From positions 1 through 54,768 of the forward strand of contig JBDKTL010000014.1 of the NCBI GenBank assembly GCA_039698055.1: DNA of 54,768 nucleotides. Reading direction: 5' to 3'. The stretch comes from Methanoregula sp. GTDB lineage: Archaea; Halobacteriota; Methanomicrobia; Methanomicrobiales; Methanospirillaceae. A model generated the notes under the pieces. The model did no database searches. It was not told the origin of the DNA and was given only the letters and a program-made list of their open reading frames with translations. This document shows, piece after piece, positions 28,412-42,012 of the stretch; positions within the stretch are counted from its first letter, which is position 1, and every line of letters starts with the position of its first letter. The position numbers were made by a program, and so were the translations under genes.

Positions 28412-29041
28412 ATGGGCGAAACCATCCTGATAGTTGATGACAGTACTTTTATTGTCGATGGGCTGGTCGCGATTCTGAAACGGAAAGGGTACAAACCTAT
28501 CCCGGCACACGGTGGGGATGAATGCCTGGAGATTCTTAAAACCGACACTCCGGATTTAATCCTGCTTGATATAATGATGGAGCCCATGGACGGATGGGAA
28601 ACCCTGGACCATCTCAAGAACAGTCCTGCGACAAAAGATATCCCGGTACTCATGTTCTCGGCAAAAAAAATCTCGTTTGAAGAAGCGCAGGAACACCATA
28701 TGAGTATCGAGGATTTTGTCACGAAACCGGTAAATCCCAATCAGCTCCTTGAATCGATCCAGAGGGTTTTTGATCGGCGCAATGCAGTGAAGCTGGAAGC
28801 AATTGTCGCGCATGATGCAGGTCTTGACGAAACGATCATCGAAGAATATTCAAAGCTCCGCACCAGCATCGAGGTTGACAGGAACCTCATTGCAGTCCTG
28901 AAAAACTCGTGTGGAATGAATACACCCGGTGCTGACGTGAGTCAGGAGGATGTAGCCTGTCTTCAACAGATTGAAGAGAGGATAAAAACCAATGAAGTGC
29001 GTTTAAAAGAGATTAATGATCTCTTTACAAAGACAACCTGA
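28412..29041 (+). CDS. Response regulator paralog (REC + same helical C-terminal domain)
   Basis: ILIVDDS, LLDIMMEPMDG, MFSAK and FVTKP motifs; AGGAG RBS before ATG 28412. Confidence 0.9.
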   Translation: MGETILIVDDSTFIVDGLVAILKRKGYKPIPAHGGDECLEILKTDTPDLILLDIMMEPMDGWETLDHLKNSPATKDIPVLMFSAKKISFEEAQEHHMSIEDFVTKPVNPNQLLESIQRVFDRRNAVKLEAIVAHDAGLDETIIEEYSKLRTSIEVDRNLIAVLKNSCGMNTPGADVSQEDVACLQQIEERIKTNEVRLKEINDLFTKTT

Positions 29042-29133
29042 AGACACAAGCACTCAGGAACCGACTGTGCTGCACGTGGGCAATATTTAAATAGTTTTTT
29101 GGCATTGTTATAATGCTGTACATCTAAACCAAA

Positions 29134-29207
29134 GGGTTCGTAGCTCAGTTCGGTAGAGCGCCTGGCTTTTAACCAGGTGGTCGGGGGTTCAAATCCCTCC
29201 GGGCCCG
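29134..29207 (+). tRNA. tRNA-Lys(TTT)
   Basis: Acceptor GGGTTCG/CGGGCCC+G, anticodon arm CCTGG-CTTTTAA-CCAGG, T-loop TTCAAAT. Confidence 0.96.
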
Positions 29208-29285
29208 TTGCCACGATCTAATCGTGGAATTTTTTGCGGTGATGCATCTGAGAGGAAATCGGTTCATCTTTAAGGGGGTTTTTAA

Positions 29286-29537
29286 TTGAGCACCAAGTTG
29301 AATGTGTTGAAGCACGTAATGGTGCCAGATCATAAAATTATGGGCGAGGAAGAGGTATCTGCCCTCCTCTCTCGCTATCACATTACCACTGATCAATTAC
29401 CAAAAATTTACAATGACGATCCTGCAGTAAAAGAAATCGACGCAAAAGTCGATGATGTGATAAAAACTATTCGGGTAAGTCACACTGCGGGCAGGGCTGA
29501 GGCGTTCCGTCTTGTGATCAGGAGACCCAAGAAGTAA
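29286..29537 (+). CDS. rpoH: RNA polymerase subunit H (Rpo5)
   Basis: HVMVPDH, QLPKI...DP and SHTAG...FRLV motifs; TTG start. Confidence 0.95.
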   Translation: MSTKLNVLKHVMVPDHKIMGEEEVSALLSRYHITTDQLPKIYNDDPAVKEIDAKVDDVIKTIRVSHTAGRAEAFRLVIRRPKK

Positions 29538-29545
29538 GGCCGGGG

Positions 29546-31114
29546 GTGGTCTATCTGATTGACAGAAGTATTTTATCGAGGGCATATTTTTCACGGGAGC
29601 ATGTTGCGCGCCACCAGCTTGACTCTTACAATTATTTCCTAACCAAGAATCTCCAGAAAGTGGTCAATGAACAAAAGATCATCGAGACTGACATCGAAAA
29701 CCGGGGCAAAAATAACGACCCGGTCTGGGTGGAGCTCGGCAATATCGAAATAAAACGCCCGCTTGTGCGCGAGGCAGACGGTTCACAGGGTGAATTGTAC
29801 CCTTGTGAAGCGCGCCTGCGCAACCTGACGTATGCAGCTCCCATTCAACTGGGTCTTACCCTTGTTCATGGGGATGACCGCCAGGACCCGATCGTCACGA
29901 CAATCGGTCAGTTGCCGGTTATGATAGGGTCCGTTGCCTGCAACCTCTATGGCATGAGCGACGATGAGCGTGTCGCGCATGGTGAGGATGCATTCGATCC
30001 GGGCGCATATTTCATTGTCAACGGTACCGAGCGCGTGCTGATGACGTTAGAAGATCTTGCATCCAACAAGATCATGACGGAGTTCACCGAGCGGTACAAC
30101 GAGCGGATCTATGTTGCAAAAGTGTTCTCCCAGTTCCGGGGATACCGCGCGTTAGTCGTTGTTGAACGCAATAAGAAGAACCTCCTTGAGGTCTCATTCC
30201 CTTCCGTTGCCGGTCACCTGAAATTTGTTGACCTGATGCGGGCACTGGGGATGACAAACGATCAGGAAGTTGTCAACGCGGTTTCAACTGATGAGGATAT
30301 CCTCACGTTCATGATGCAGAATCTTGAAGAGAGCGAATGTGATTCTGTCGAGGGCGGTGTCATGTACGTCGGTAAGAAACTGGCCCCCAACCAGACCCGC
30401 GACTACCAGAAGAAACGGTCTGAGTTTGTGCTGGACAACTACCTCCTGCCACACCTGAATTATGCACTGCCGGCAACTCTCAAGGAAGGAGACGAGGGTT
30501 ACGCTGAAGCAGTGGCGTCCGTCCGTCTTGCAAAGGCGCATTTCCTTGGCCGCATGGCAGAAGCCTGTTTTGATCTTGTCCTGAACAAGCGCAGGATCGA
30601 CGATAAAGACCATTATTCAAACAAGCGGCTGAAACTTGCCGGCGACCTGATGGAAGATCTCTTCCGTATATCGCTCAACCGGTTGACCCGTGATATCAAG
30701 TACCAGCTGGAACGCGCGAGCATGCGTCACCGTGATCTTTCCATTGCAACGGCCGTCCGTGCGGATGTTCTTACCGAACGTCTGCTTCACCCGCTTGCAA
30801 CCGGTAACTGGGTTGGCGGCAGGACCGGGGTTTCCCAGCTCCTTGACCGCATCGATCACATGGCCGTGCTTTCTCACTTGAGGAGGGTAATCTCGCCCCT
30901 GTCCCGTTCACAGCCCCATTTCGAAGCCCGTGACCTGCACCCGACCCAGTGGGGCCGGATATGTCCAAGCGAGACGCCAGAAGGTCCGAATTGTGGTCTT
31001 GTCAAAAACTTTGCCCAGATGGTCGAGATCAGCAAAGGTGTCGATGACGAAGAGGAAATCATGCGTATCCTGCACAGTCTCAATGTCGAGCAGATTAAGG
31101 GAGAAGTCCGATGA
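29546..31114 (+). CDS. rpoB2: RNA polymerase subunit B'' (Rpo2N)
   Basis: [34 protein letters not shown] and [13 protein letters not shown] motifs. Confidence 0.97.
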   Translation: MVYLIDRSILSRAYFSREHVARHQLDSYNYFLTKNLQKVVNEQKIIETDIENRGKNNDPVWVELGNIEIKRPLVREADGSQGELYPCEARLRNLTYAAPIQLGLTLVHGDDRQDPIVTTIGQLPVMIGSVACNLYGMSDDERVAHGEDAFDPGAYFIVNGTERVLMTLEDLASNKIMTEFTERYNERIYVAKVFSQFRGYRALVVVERNKKNLLEVSFPSVAGHLKFVDLMRALGMTNDQEVVNAVSTDEDILTFMMQNLEESECDSVEGGVMYVGKKLAPNQTRDYQKKRSEFVLDNYLLPHLNYALPATLKEGDEGYAEAVASVRLAKAHFLGRMAEACFDLVLNKRRIDDKDHYSNKRLKLAGDLMEDLFRISLNRLTRDIKYQLERASMRHRDLSIATAVRADVLTERLLHPLATGNWVGGRTGVSQLLDRIDHMAVLSHLRRVISPLSRSQPHFEARDLHPTQWGRICPSETPEGPNCGLVKNFAQMVEISKGVDDEEEIMRILHSLNVEQIKGEVR

Positions 31115-32925
31115 AGAAATCACGCGTGTTTGTTGATGGCGCACTCATTGGTCTTGTCGATGATCCAAAAACCCTTGTGCACAATATCCGTGCCATGCGG
31201 CGCCAGGGCGCAATCCCATCGGAAGTTAACGTATCCCACAAGGAATTTAACGGGGATGTCGTAATCCTGACAGACAGAGGTCGTGCCCGCCGTCCCCTTA
31301 TTGTGCTCAAAGACGGTCAGCCTATCGTTACCGCAGATGATCTGAAGAAGCTCGCAAACAAGGAGATTGATTTCTCATTCTTTGTCAAGCGCGGGATGAT
31401 TGAGTTTGTCGATGCCGAAGAGGAAGAAGATCTCTTTATCGCGATGAACCCGGAAAATATTACACCGGAACACACCCATCTTGAGATCGATCCGTCACTT
31501 ATTCTTGGTATCGGTGCCGCGCACGTTCCCTTCCCGGAGCACAATGCAAGTCCGCGTGTCACGATGGGTGCCGGGATGGTCAAGCAGGCATTGGGTTTTG
31601 GCTGTGCAAATATGAAACTCAGGCCCGACACCCGTGGGCACCAGCTTCACTATGTTCAAAAACCCCTCACGCACACCCAGACGTCAGAGCTTATTGGTTC
31701 GGATGACCGGCCAGCCGGCCAGAACTTTGTTGTCGCCATTCTCTCGTATGAAGGCTATAACATTGAAGATGCGCTCATTTTCAACAAGTCATCCATCGAA
31801 CGGGGGCTCGGCCGTTCCCACTTCTACCGGACCTACGAGGGAGAAGAGCGCCGGTACCCGGGTGGCCAGATCGACCGGATTGAAGTCCCTGATGAGGAAG
31901 TCAGTGGCGCCCACGGTGCAGACTCCTACAAGAACCTCGATGAAGACGGCGTGATCAACCCCGAAACCGTTGTCGCAGAAAAGGATGTCCTTATCGGTAA
32001 AACGTCACCCCCGCGTTTCCTTGAAGAGCCTTCGGGAGAGCTCATTGCCGTTGAAAAACGCCGTGACACGTCGGTTACCATGCGCAGCAACGAGCATGGT
32101 ATCGTTGATACGGTCATCATAACAGAAGGCGAGAACAGTTCCCGGCTTGTCAAAGTCCGGACCCGTGACCTCCGTGTGCCGGAAATCGGCGATAAGTTCG
32201 CATCCCGGCACGGGCAGAAAGGGGTCATTGGCCTTATCGCAGAACAGGCGGACATGCCCTTTACCGAGAGCGGGCTTACCCCGGACCTCGTTATCAACCC
32301 CCACGCAATCCCGAGCCGTATGACCATTGGGCACATGCTCGAAATGATCGGCGGGAAAGTTGGTGCGCTGGAAGGCCGGCGGATTAACGGTACTGCATTC
32401 GGTGGTGAACTTGAAGCGGATATCCGTGCATCGCTCAAGGCCCTGGGCTATTCGCACACCGGCCGTGAAGTGATGTATGATGGCATCACCGGCAAAGTGT
32501 TCAAGGCGGATGTCTACATCGGCGTGATCTATTACCAGAAACTGTACCACATGGTTTCATCCAAGATGCATGCCCGTTCCCGTGGACCCGTGCAGGTTCT
32601 TACCCGCCAGCCTACAGAAGGAAGAGCCCGTGAGGGTGGTCTCCGGTTTGGTGAGATGGAGCGTGATGTGATGATCGGGCACGGCGCCGCGATGGCACTC
32701 AAAGAGCGTCTGCTCGATGAGTCTGACAAGGTGCAGGAATATGTCTGTGCCCACTGCGGGATGGTAGCGATGCTTGACCGCAAGCGCAACATGACCCGCT
32801 GTCTTGCCTGTGGTAACGAGACCGACATCTACCCGGTCGAGATGAGCTATGCGTTCAAGCTCCTGCTCGATGAGATGAAGAGTATGGGAATAGCCCCCCG
32901 CATGAGATTAGAGGATGTCGTATAG
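31111..32925 (+). CDS. rpoB1: RNA polymerase subunit B' (Rpo2C)
   Basis: [26 protein letters not shown] and [11 protein letters not shown] motifs; C-terminal Zn finger. Confidence 0.97.
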   Translation: MKKSRVFVDGALIGLVDDPKTLVHNIRAMRRQGAIPSEVNVSHKEFNGDVVILTDRGRARRPLIVLKDGQPIVTADDLKKLANKEIDFSFFVKRGMIEFVDAEEEEDLFIAMNPENITPEHTHLEIDPSLILGIGAAHVPFPEHNASPRVTMGAGMVKQALGFGCANMKLRPDTRGHQLHYVQKPLTHTQTSELIGSDDRPAGQNFVVAILSYEGYNIEDALIFNKSSIERGLGRSHFYRTYEGEERRYPGGQIDRIEVPDEEVSGAHGADSYKNLDEDGVINPETVVAEKDVLIGKTSPPRFLEEPSGELIAVEKRRDTSVTMRSNEHGIVDTVIITEGENSSRLVKVRTRDLRVPEIGDKFASRHGQKGVIGLIAEQADMPFTESGLTPDLVINPHAIPSRMTIGHMLEMIGGKVGALEGRRINGTAFGGELEADIRASLKALGYSHTGREVMYDGITGKVFKADVYIGVIYYQKLYHMVSSKMHARSRGPVQVLTRQPTEGRAREGGLRFGEMERDVMIGHGAAMALKERLLDESDKVQEYVCAHCGMVAMLDRKRNMTRCLACGNETDIYPVEMSYAFKLLLDEMKSMGIAPRMRLEDVV

Positions 32926-32935
32926 GAGGTGCGGT

Positions 32936-36750
<3,815 letters not shown>

Positions 36751-36796
36751 TCCGGGTGCCACAAGCAAAATTTATAAAAACCTTTGGAGAATTGTA

Positions 36797-37090
36797 ATGG
36801 ATTTTAATGCTTCATTGAGAAGAGCAATCAAGACCGGAGATGTCATTCTCGGTCAGAACAACACCGAAAAATGCATAAACGAGGGCAAGGCGCAGATGAT
36901 TGTCGTCGCGGCGAACTGCCCGGAGAACTTTAGAAAACAGCTTGCGGGTTATGAGAACCTGTTCCTTCATACGTTTGATGGTTCGAGTGTTGCACTCGGC
37001 AAGGCATGTGGTAAACCCTTCATGGTGAGCGCACTTGCAATTGTAAGCCCCGGCGAGTCCGACATTCTCTCCCTGAAGAGGGCGGCATGA
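36797..37090 (+). CDS. rpl30e: 50S ribosomal protein L30e
   Basis: AIKTG.V.LG, AANCP, LGKACGKPF and PGESDI motifs. Confidence 0.96.
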   Translation: MDFNASLRRAIKTGDVILGQNNTEKCINEGKAQMIVVAANCPENFRKQLAGYENLFLHTFDGSSVALGKACGKPFMVSALAIVSPGESDILSLKRAA

Positions 37091-37091
37091 T

Positions 37092-37562
37092 ATGGCAGAA
37101 GTCAGACTGACTGAAGATTGCATGCGCCTGATCTCCCAGTTCGAGAGTCTTACCGGCGCAGGAAGCCGGGACTGTGTGATCGATGAGCGCAATGACCGTC
37201 TTATCTTCGTCGTGAATCCCGGTGATATGGGCCTTGCAATCGGCAAAAAAGGCGCATCTATCAAGAAAGCCTCCGAAGTTATGGGCAAGAAGATCGAAGT
37301 GGTTGAGTATAACAGCAACCCTGAGCAGTTCATCAAGAACTGTTTTCTTCCGGCACAGGTAATCTCCCTTACCTTTGAAGGCGAACTGGGTGCCCAGTCG
37401 GTTACTGTTGATGTGCGGGATGAGGACCGGGGTATTGCGATCGGTAAAGACGGGAAGAATATTTTCAAGGCAAAGAAACTGGCGCAGCGCCAGCACGATA
37501 TTGCTGATGTGCAGATCCTGCAAAAACAGATGGAGGGGAGCGATCCTCTCTCTGCCGAGTAA
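37092..37562 (+). CDS. nusA: Archaeal NusA (two KH domains)
   Basis: GLAIGKKGASI and GIAIGKDGKNI KH GxxG motifs. Confidence 0.95.
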   Translation: MAEVRLTEDCMRLISQFESLTGAGSRDCVIDERNDRLIFVVNPGDMGLAIGKKGASIKKASEVMGKKIEVVEYNSNPEQFIKNCFLPAQVISLTFEGELGAQSVTVDVRDEDRGIAIGKDGKNIFKAKKLAQRQHDIADVQILQKQMEGSDPLSAE

Positions 37563-37589
37563 TTTTATTTTTTTTGGTGATTTTTTTTT
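37563..37589 (+). terminator. Oligo-T tract, probable archaeal intrinsic terminator of the rpo operon
   Basis: Two long T runs immediately after the nusA stop. Confidence 0.6.
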
Positions 37590-37754
37590 GTTGACTACGC
37601 ATCAGGTAGTGTAAACGAGGTAAAATTTTACTTTCTCATTAACGCTTTTGCACCATGTTCCTGATTTATCTGGTGCGAAGATTTCTCCATGATTTTCTTT
37701 ATTCTGCTCACAACGGGAATTGCAGATAAAAAAACCGGCGTCCTTATCTTCGCA

Positions 37755-38627
37755 TTACCGGAAATAGTCCACGATATTTCGGAACATCTGCATATTGAGC
37801 GATTCATGAGGCACCGGCACGCCTTCGCGCTTCATCCGTTCTTTCTGGAATGGCCAGTCATAGAGGTTCACAAACTCCATCGCCCGTTCCAGGTGAGGCA
37901 TCAGCCCGAGCACCTTGCCGTCTTCAGAGGTGATGCCGGCAATATCCTCCATCGAACCGTTCGGGTTGTACGGGTACTCCCCCTGTGCCGGGCTCATATC
38001 CTCCCTGCAATAGGTAAATGCGATCATCTTCTGGCGCTTCATTCGCTGGAGGGTTTCTTTTGAACAGGAGAAATTGCCCTCGCCATGGGCAACCGGGCAA
38101 TACAACCGCTCGATGCCCTGTGTCCAGAGATTCTCCACTTCAGGCTTCAGCGTCACGAACCGGCATTCCAGCACGCCCCGCCGGTTGGGCATCAGGGCAA
38201 TGTCACGGGAGTACTTTTTGTCAAATGCGGGAACAAGCCCGAGATTTGCAAGGATCTGGAAACCGTTGCAGATTCCAAGGACAAGGTTGTCGCCTTCAAG
38301 GAATTTTTCAAGATCGTTCCAGACATTGTTGCGGACCCGGTTGGCGTACGCGTTGCCGGCACCGGTATCGTCGCCATAAGAGAAACCTCCGGGAAACACC
38401 AGCAGCCGGTAGTCTGCCAATCGTCGCCGCCCGTCAATCAGGTCATTGATGTGGACAATATCGGCATCCATCCCGGCCCGGGAAAGGGCTTCCTGCGTTT
38501 CCATCTCAGAGTTGATCCCAAAGCCGCTCATGATAAGCGCTTTTTCGGTAACCCGGTCCGGTGCGGATGGTGCCGGGTGCCCGTGCTGGGTGCCGGTTCC
38601 TTTTACCGGTGTATGTGCAGCGGTCAT
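37755..38627 (-). CDS. purQ: FGAM synthetase glutaminase subunit
   Basis: PGGFSYGD, LGICNGFQIL, AHGEG, YPYNPNGS and MPHLER motifs. Confidence 0.95.
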   Translation of the reverse strand: MTAAHTPVKGTGTQHGHPAPSAPDRVTEKALIMSGFGINSEMETQEALSRAGMDADIVHINDLIDGRRRLADYRLLVFPGGFSYGDDTGAGNAYANRVRNNVWNDLEKFLEGDNLVLGICNGFQILANLGLVPAFDKKYSRDIALMPNRRGVLECRFVTLKPEVENLWTQGIERLYCPVAHGEGNFSCSKETLQRMKRQKMIAFTYCREDMSPAQGEYPYNPNGSMEDIAGITSEDGKVLGLMPHLERAMEFVNLYDWPFQKERMKREGVPVPHESLNMQMFRNIVDYFR

Positions 38628-38630
38628 GGT

Positions 38631-41573
38631 TCAGTACCCTCCAAACGGCGCCTTGTAAGATGTTTCGAGTTTTTCCACGGGCAGGTCAAGGAGCAGGGTT
38701 TCACCCGCAATCCGTAGGTTGTTGCCCCAGACCCGGCCAAGGAGCATTGCATCCTGCCCGAATATCCGTTCAAATGCCGGTTTATTATCCGGTGATACCG
38801 TGACGACAAACCGTCCCAGCGATTCGGCATAGAGGAAGTAATCCGGGCGCATGGCGGTCGGGATTGTGATATCCATGCCAAGCCTGCCGGCGATAGCAAC
38901 CAGGGCAAGGGCAGTTCCCAGTCCGCCGTGGTTGACCGGGTATGCCGATGCCACTATCTCCTGCCGGATAGCATCTGCCAGTTTGCGGTAGCGGGGCACA
39001 ACAGCGTCCATATCAAGGGCAGGGACCGTGTTGCCGGCTGCACCAAGATACGCGAAGTATTCTGAACCCCCAAGCTCTTCGGCAGTATCGCCGATGACAT
39101 ACACCAGATCCCCGACAAACTTCGCATCCATTGAAACGGCCCGGGCCACATCGGCGTGGATTCCGATAGAAGAGATAAGAAGCGTCGGTGGAACCGACAC
39201 CTTGACCGGGGTGTTCTCCGCGTCAAACCCGGAGAAATCATTGAACATGCTGTCTTTGCCTGAAATAAATGGCGTGCCAAACCCGGTGGCATAGTCATAA
39301 CATCCCTGTGCGGCACGTTTGAGCTGCCCAAGGCGTTCAGGGTCGTCCGAGGAACACCAGCAGAAATTATCAAGAATCGCAATTGTGTCCAGCGGAATGC
39401 CGATGGCAATTAGTCCCCGGATAGCGGTATCGATCGCTGCGCCGGCCATCCGGTAGGGATCAATATCTGAATATGTGGGAAAAAGCCCCTGCGAAAGCCC
39501 GACGCCTTTTTTTGAACCCAATACAACTTTTGTGAGCGATGTTGTGGCCTGAACCCTGCCTCTTCCCTGCACCGGGCCCAGCACATGGCCGCCCTGCACT
39601 GTATGGTCGTACTGGGTGGAGATGAACTCCTTTGAGCAGAGGTTTTTACGCTGGAGCATCGCGAGCATGGTTGTGTCGAGCCGCGCAGGGCAGGGAACTG
39701 CCGGTTCGGGAAAGGTTTTTGGGGTGTAGCTGGTGATCAGGTGCTTTCTGGGGAGCCCTTCGTGCAGGAACTCGAGGCCTATATCCATCACGACATGCCC
39801 ATGAGATTCGACAACGCACCTTCCCGTATCAGTAAAGGTGCCGATCACTGTTGCTTCAACTTCGCGGCGCTGCATGAGATCCATGAACCTATCGAGGTTC
39901 TGCGGCGGGACAGCAAGCGTCATCCGCTCCTGCGATTCGGAGATCCATATCTCCCATGGGGCCATGCCCGGGTATTTCAGCGGCACGGTGTCAAGGGTCA
40001 CATGGCAGCCGTTGCATTCCTTTGCCATCTCCGCAACCGAACAGGAGATCCCGCCCGCACCATTGTCGGTGATACTGGTGTACAGCCCAAGATCCCGTGC
40101 CTCCTTGACAATCACATCCGAGAGTTTCTTCTGGGTGATCGGGTCGCCGATCTGGACCGCAGTGACCGGGCTTTTCGGGTCAAGGGCCTCGGAAGAGAAC
40201 GTGGCGCCGTGGATACCATCTTTTCCCACCCGGCCGCCAACGACCACAATCAGATCGCCGGGCCGGGCCTGTTTCTCATAGAGTTTGCGCCCGTGCAGTT
40301 CTCGCGGCATCACGCCAACCGTTCCGGCAAACACGAGCGGCTTACCTACGTACCGGCTGTCAAACCAGCACCAGCCCTGCGGTGTGGGAATGCCCGAACA
40401 GTTGCCGCCAACACCCACGCCCCGGACGACACCATCAAGAATTCTTCGCGGGGAGAGGATCGGGTTTGACCGGTCTTTGCCCCGGAAGAGCGTCGGGTCC
40501 GTATCCGGGTCACCGACACAATAGCCATAGAAATTGATGCAGGGCTTTGCACCGAGCCCAAACCCAATCGTGTCCCGGTTCACACCGACGATCCCGGTAA
40601 GTGCCCCCCCGAACGGGTCAAGGGCGGAGGGGGAGTTATGGGTCTCGACCTTATGCGTCACGAGATAGGTGTCGTCAAAGATGATCGCCCCGGAGTTGTC
40701 GGTGAACACGGTGAGGCAGATATCCTTATCGCCTTTCTCTTCACGTATCTTATTGGTCGCTGCCTGGATACAGGTCTTGTAAAGCCCGCGGGGGATATCA
40801 TTGTCCATCGATGAGGCAAAGATCGTGTGCTTGCAGTGCTCGCTCCATGTCTGTGCAAGTGACTCGAGTTCCACGTCTGTTGGTTTTTTTCCGTGTTGTG
40901 CAAAATAGTCCCGGATTGCGTGGAGCTGGGCGAGGTCGAGGGCGAGAGGTCCTCGTCGTAAACCGGTTGCTGGATCGAGAATTCCCTCTTTTCCCAGGCG
41001 CACCAGGTCGGGGTCACTGATATCAAGGTTTACAGTTTCTGCCGTGGGCGGTTCATTTAGATGAACACAGGGCACTGCCGGGTCCATTCCTGCTGTCCCG
41101 TATTCTTGGCGGGTTTTCACGTGTACCCTGTTCACAAGAGGATTAGCCAGCGTTGCGGCAAGTTTCTGCAGGGATTCAGGTGGAAGTTTTCCCCGGATAA
41201 AAAAAAGCTGCGAAGTAAAGACCGATTCGCCTTCACCGAATTTAAACGAGAAATAATCTTCAATGGTCTGTTTTGCGGTAGTTCCGGCATTATCTGTCAC
41301 ACCCGGTAAAAAACCGACCTCAATTGCGTAATCGAATAAAACGGTTGTTGCCTTATCGATGGTATACTGCTGGACTACGGGATTGATGAGCTGCATGCCA
41401 ATCTGCGTGAGTTCGTCGTCGTTAAAATCACGCGAGTTCGTTACGATAGTATAGACTTCGACGAGATGTATTTCGTCGACAGGAAACCCGAGCGAGCGTA
41501 TCCTGCCGGTCCGTGTTTTCAACCGTGGATCCGATCGGTAATGAACTTCTATCCGGTGGACACAGGATGCCAT
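38631..41573 (-). CDS. purL: FGAM synthetase PurL with fused N-terminal tandem PurS-like domains
   Basis: QTWSEHCKH, KVETHNSPS, GIHGATFSS, DNGAGG, SESQERM and SGKDS motifs; the N-terminal ~150 aa carry LINPVV, FLPGVTDNAG and LANPLV PurS-like signatures. Confidence 0.93.
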   Translation of the reverse strand: MASCVHRIEVHYRSDPRLKTRTGRIRSLGFPVDEIHLVEVYTIVTNSRDFNDDELTQIGMQLINPVVQQYTIDKATTVLFDYAIEVGFLPGVTDNAGTTAKQTIEDYFSFKFGEGESVFTSQLFFIRGKLPPESLQKLAATLANPLVNRVHVKTRQEYGTAGMDPAVPCVHLNEPPTAETVNLDISDPDLVRLGKEGILDPATGLRRGPLALDLAQLHAIRDYFAQHGKKPTDVELESLAQTWSEHCKHTIFASSMDNDIPRGLYKTCIQAATNKIREEKGDKDICLTVFTDNSGAIIFDDTYLVTHKVETHNSPSALDPFGGALTGIVGVNRDTIGFGLGAKPCINFYGYCVGDPDTDPTLFRGKDRSNPILSPRRILDGVVRGVGVGGNCSGIPTPQGWCWFDSRYVGKPLVFAGTVGVMPRELHGRKLYEKQARPGDLIVVVGGRVGKDGIHGATFSSEALDPKSPVTAVQIGDPITQKKLSDVIVKEARDLGLYTSITDNGAGGISCSVAEMAKECNGCHVTLDTVPLKYPGMAPWEIWISESQERMTLAVPPQNLDRFMDLMQRREVEATVIGTFTDTGRCVVESHGHVVMDIGLEFLHEGLPRKHLITSYTPKTFPEPAVPCPARLDTTMLAMLQRKNLCSKEFISTQYDHTVQGGHVLGPVQGRGRVQATTSLTKVVLGSKKGVGLSQGLFPTYSDIDPYRMAGAAIDTAIRGLIAIGIPLDTIAILDNFCWCSSDDPERLGQLKRAAQGCYDYATGFGTPFISGKDSMFNDFSGFDAENTPVKVSVPPTLLISSIGIHADVARAVSMDAKFVGDLVYVIGDTAEELGGSEYFAYLGAAGNTVPALDMDAVVPRYRKLADAIRQEIVASAYPVNHGGLGTALALVAIAGRLGMDITIPTAMRPDYFLYAESLGRFVVTVSPDNKPAFERIFGQDAMLLGRVWGNNLRIAGETLLLDLPVEKLETSYKAPFGGY

Positions 41574-42012
41574 ATGTACTAAATGGGAGAGGAATTACAA
41601 AATAGGTATCGTATGACTACATGAGATAAAACGACGAATTCGGGAGAGCCGCATACCTGCTGATTGCAGCCTTTTTTTACAGAAAGGTTCCACTTCAGTC
41701 TGGCGGGATCTCCGGTATCGGGGAGAATTGTGAAAAATTTTTGGTGATTGCTCAATAAAGACCCCCATTAATCAGTAATGTTATGGAAAGAATTCAAAGA
41801 ATTTCATTTATTTTTAGTTTAAAGACGTTCTTGGGGGCTTCGCCCCCGCCATTATGGCATCCCCCATATTGTGATGATGCTGTATTACCCAATCTCATAA
41901 AATATTTTGAATTTTCTTGATCTGGCTTTGATTTCATTTGGAATATCAATCTCGTGAAAAATTTTAGTGGCGCCAAATGATGAATCACCAAATTTTTTTT
42001 ATTACCTAAACA

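Noticed and set aside
26504-29133. tRNA-flanked genomic island between tRNA-Pro and tRNA-Lys
   Set aside because: Both tRNA 3' ends point away from the segment; no integrase or duplicated tRNA 3' fragment was seen.
41684-41710. GTTCCACTT resembling an ORB replication-origin box
   Set aside because: Single partial match without the GAAA and G-string part, and no cdc6/orc1 nearby.
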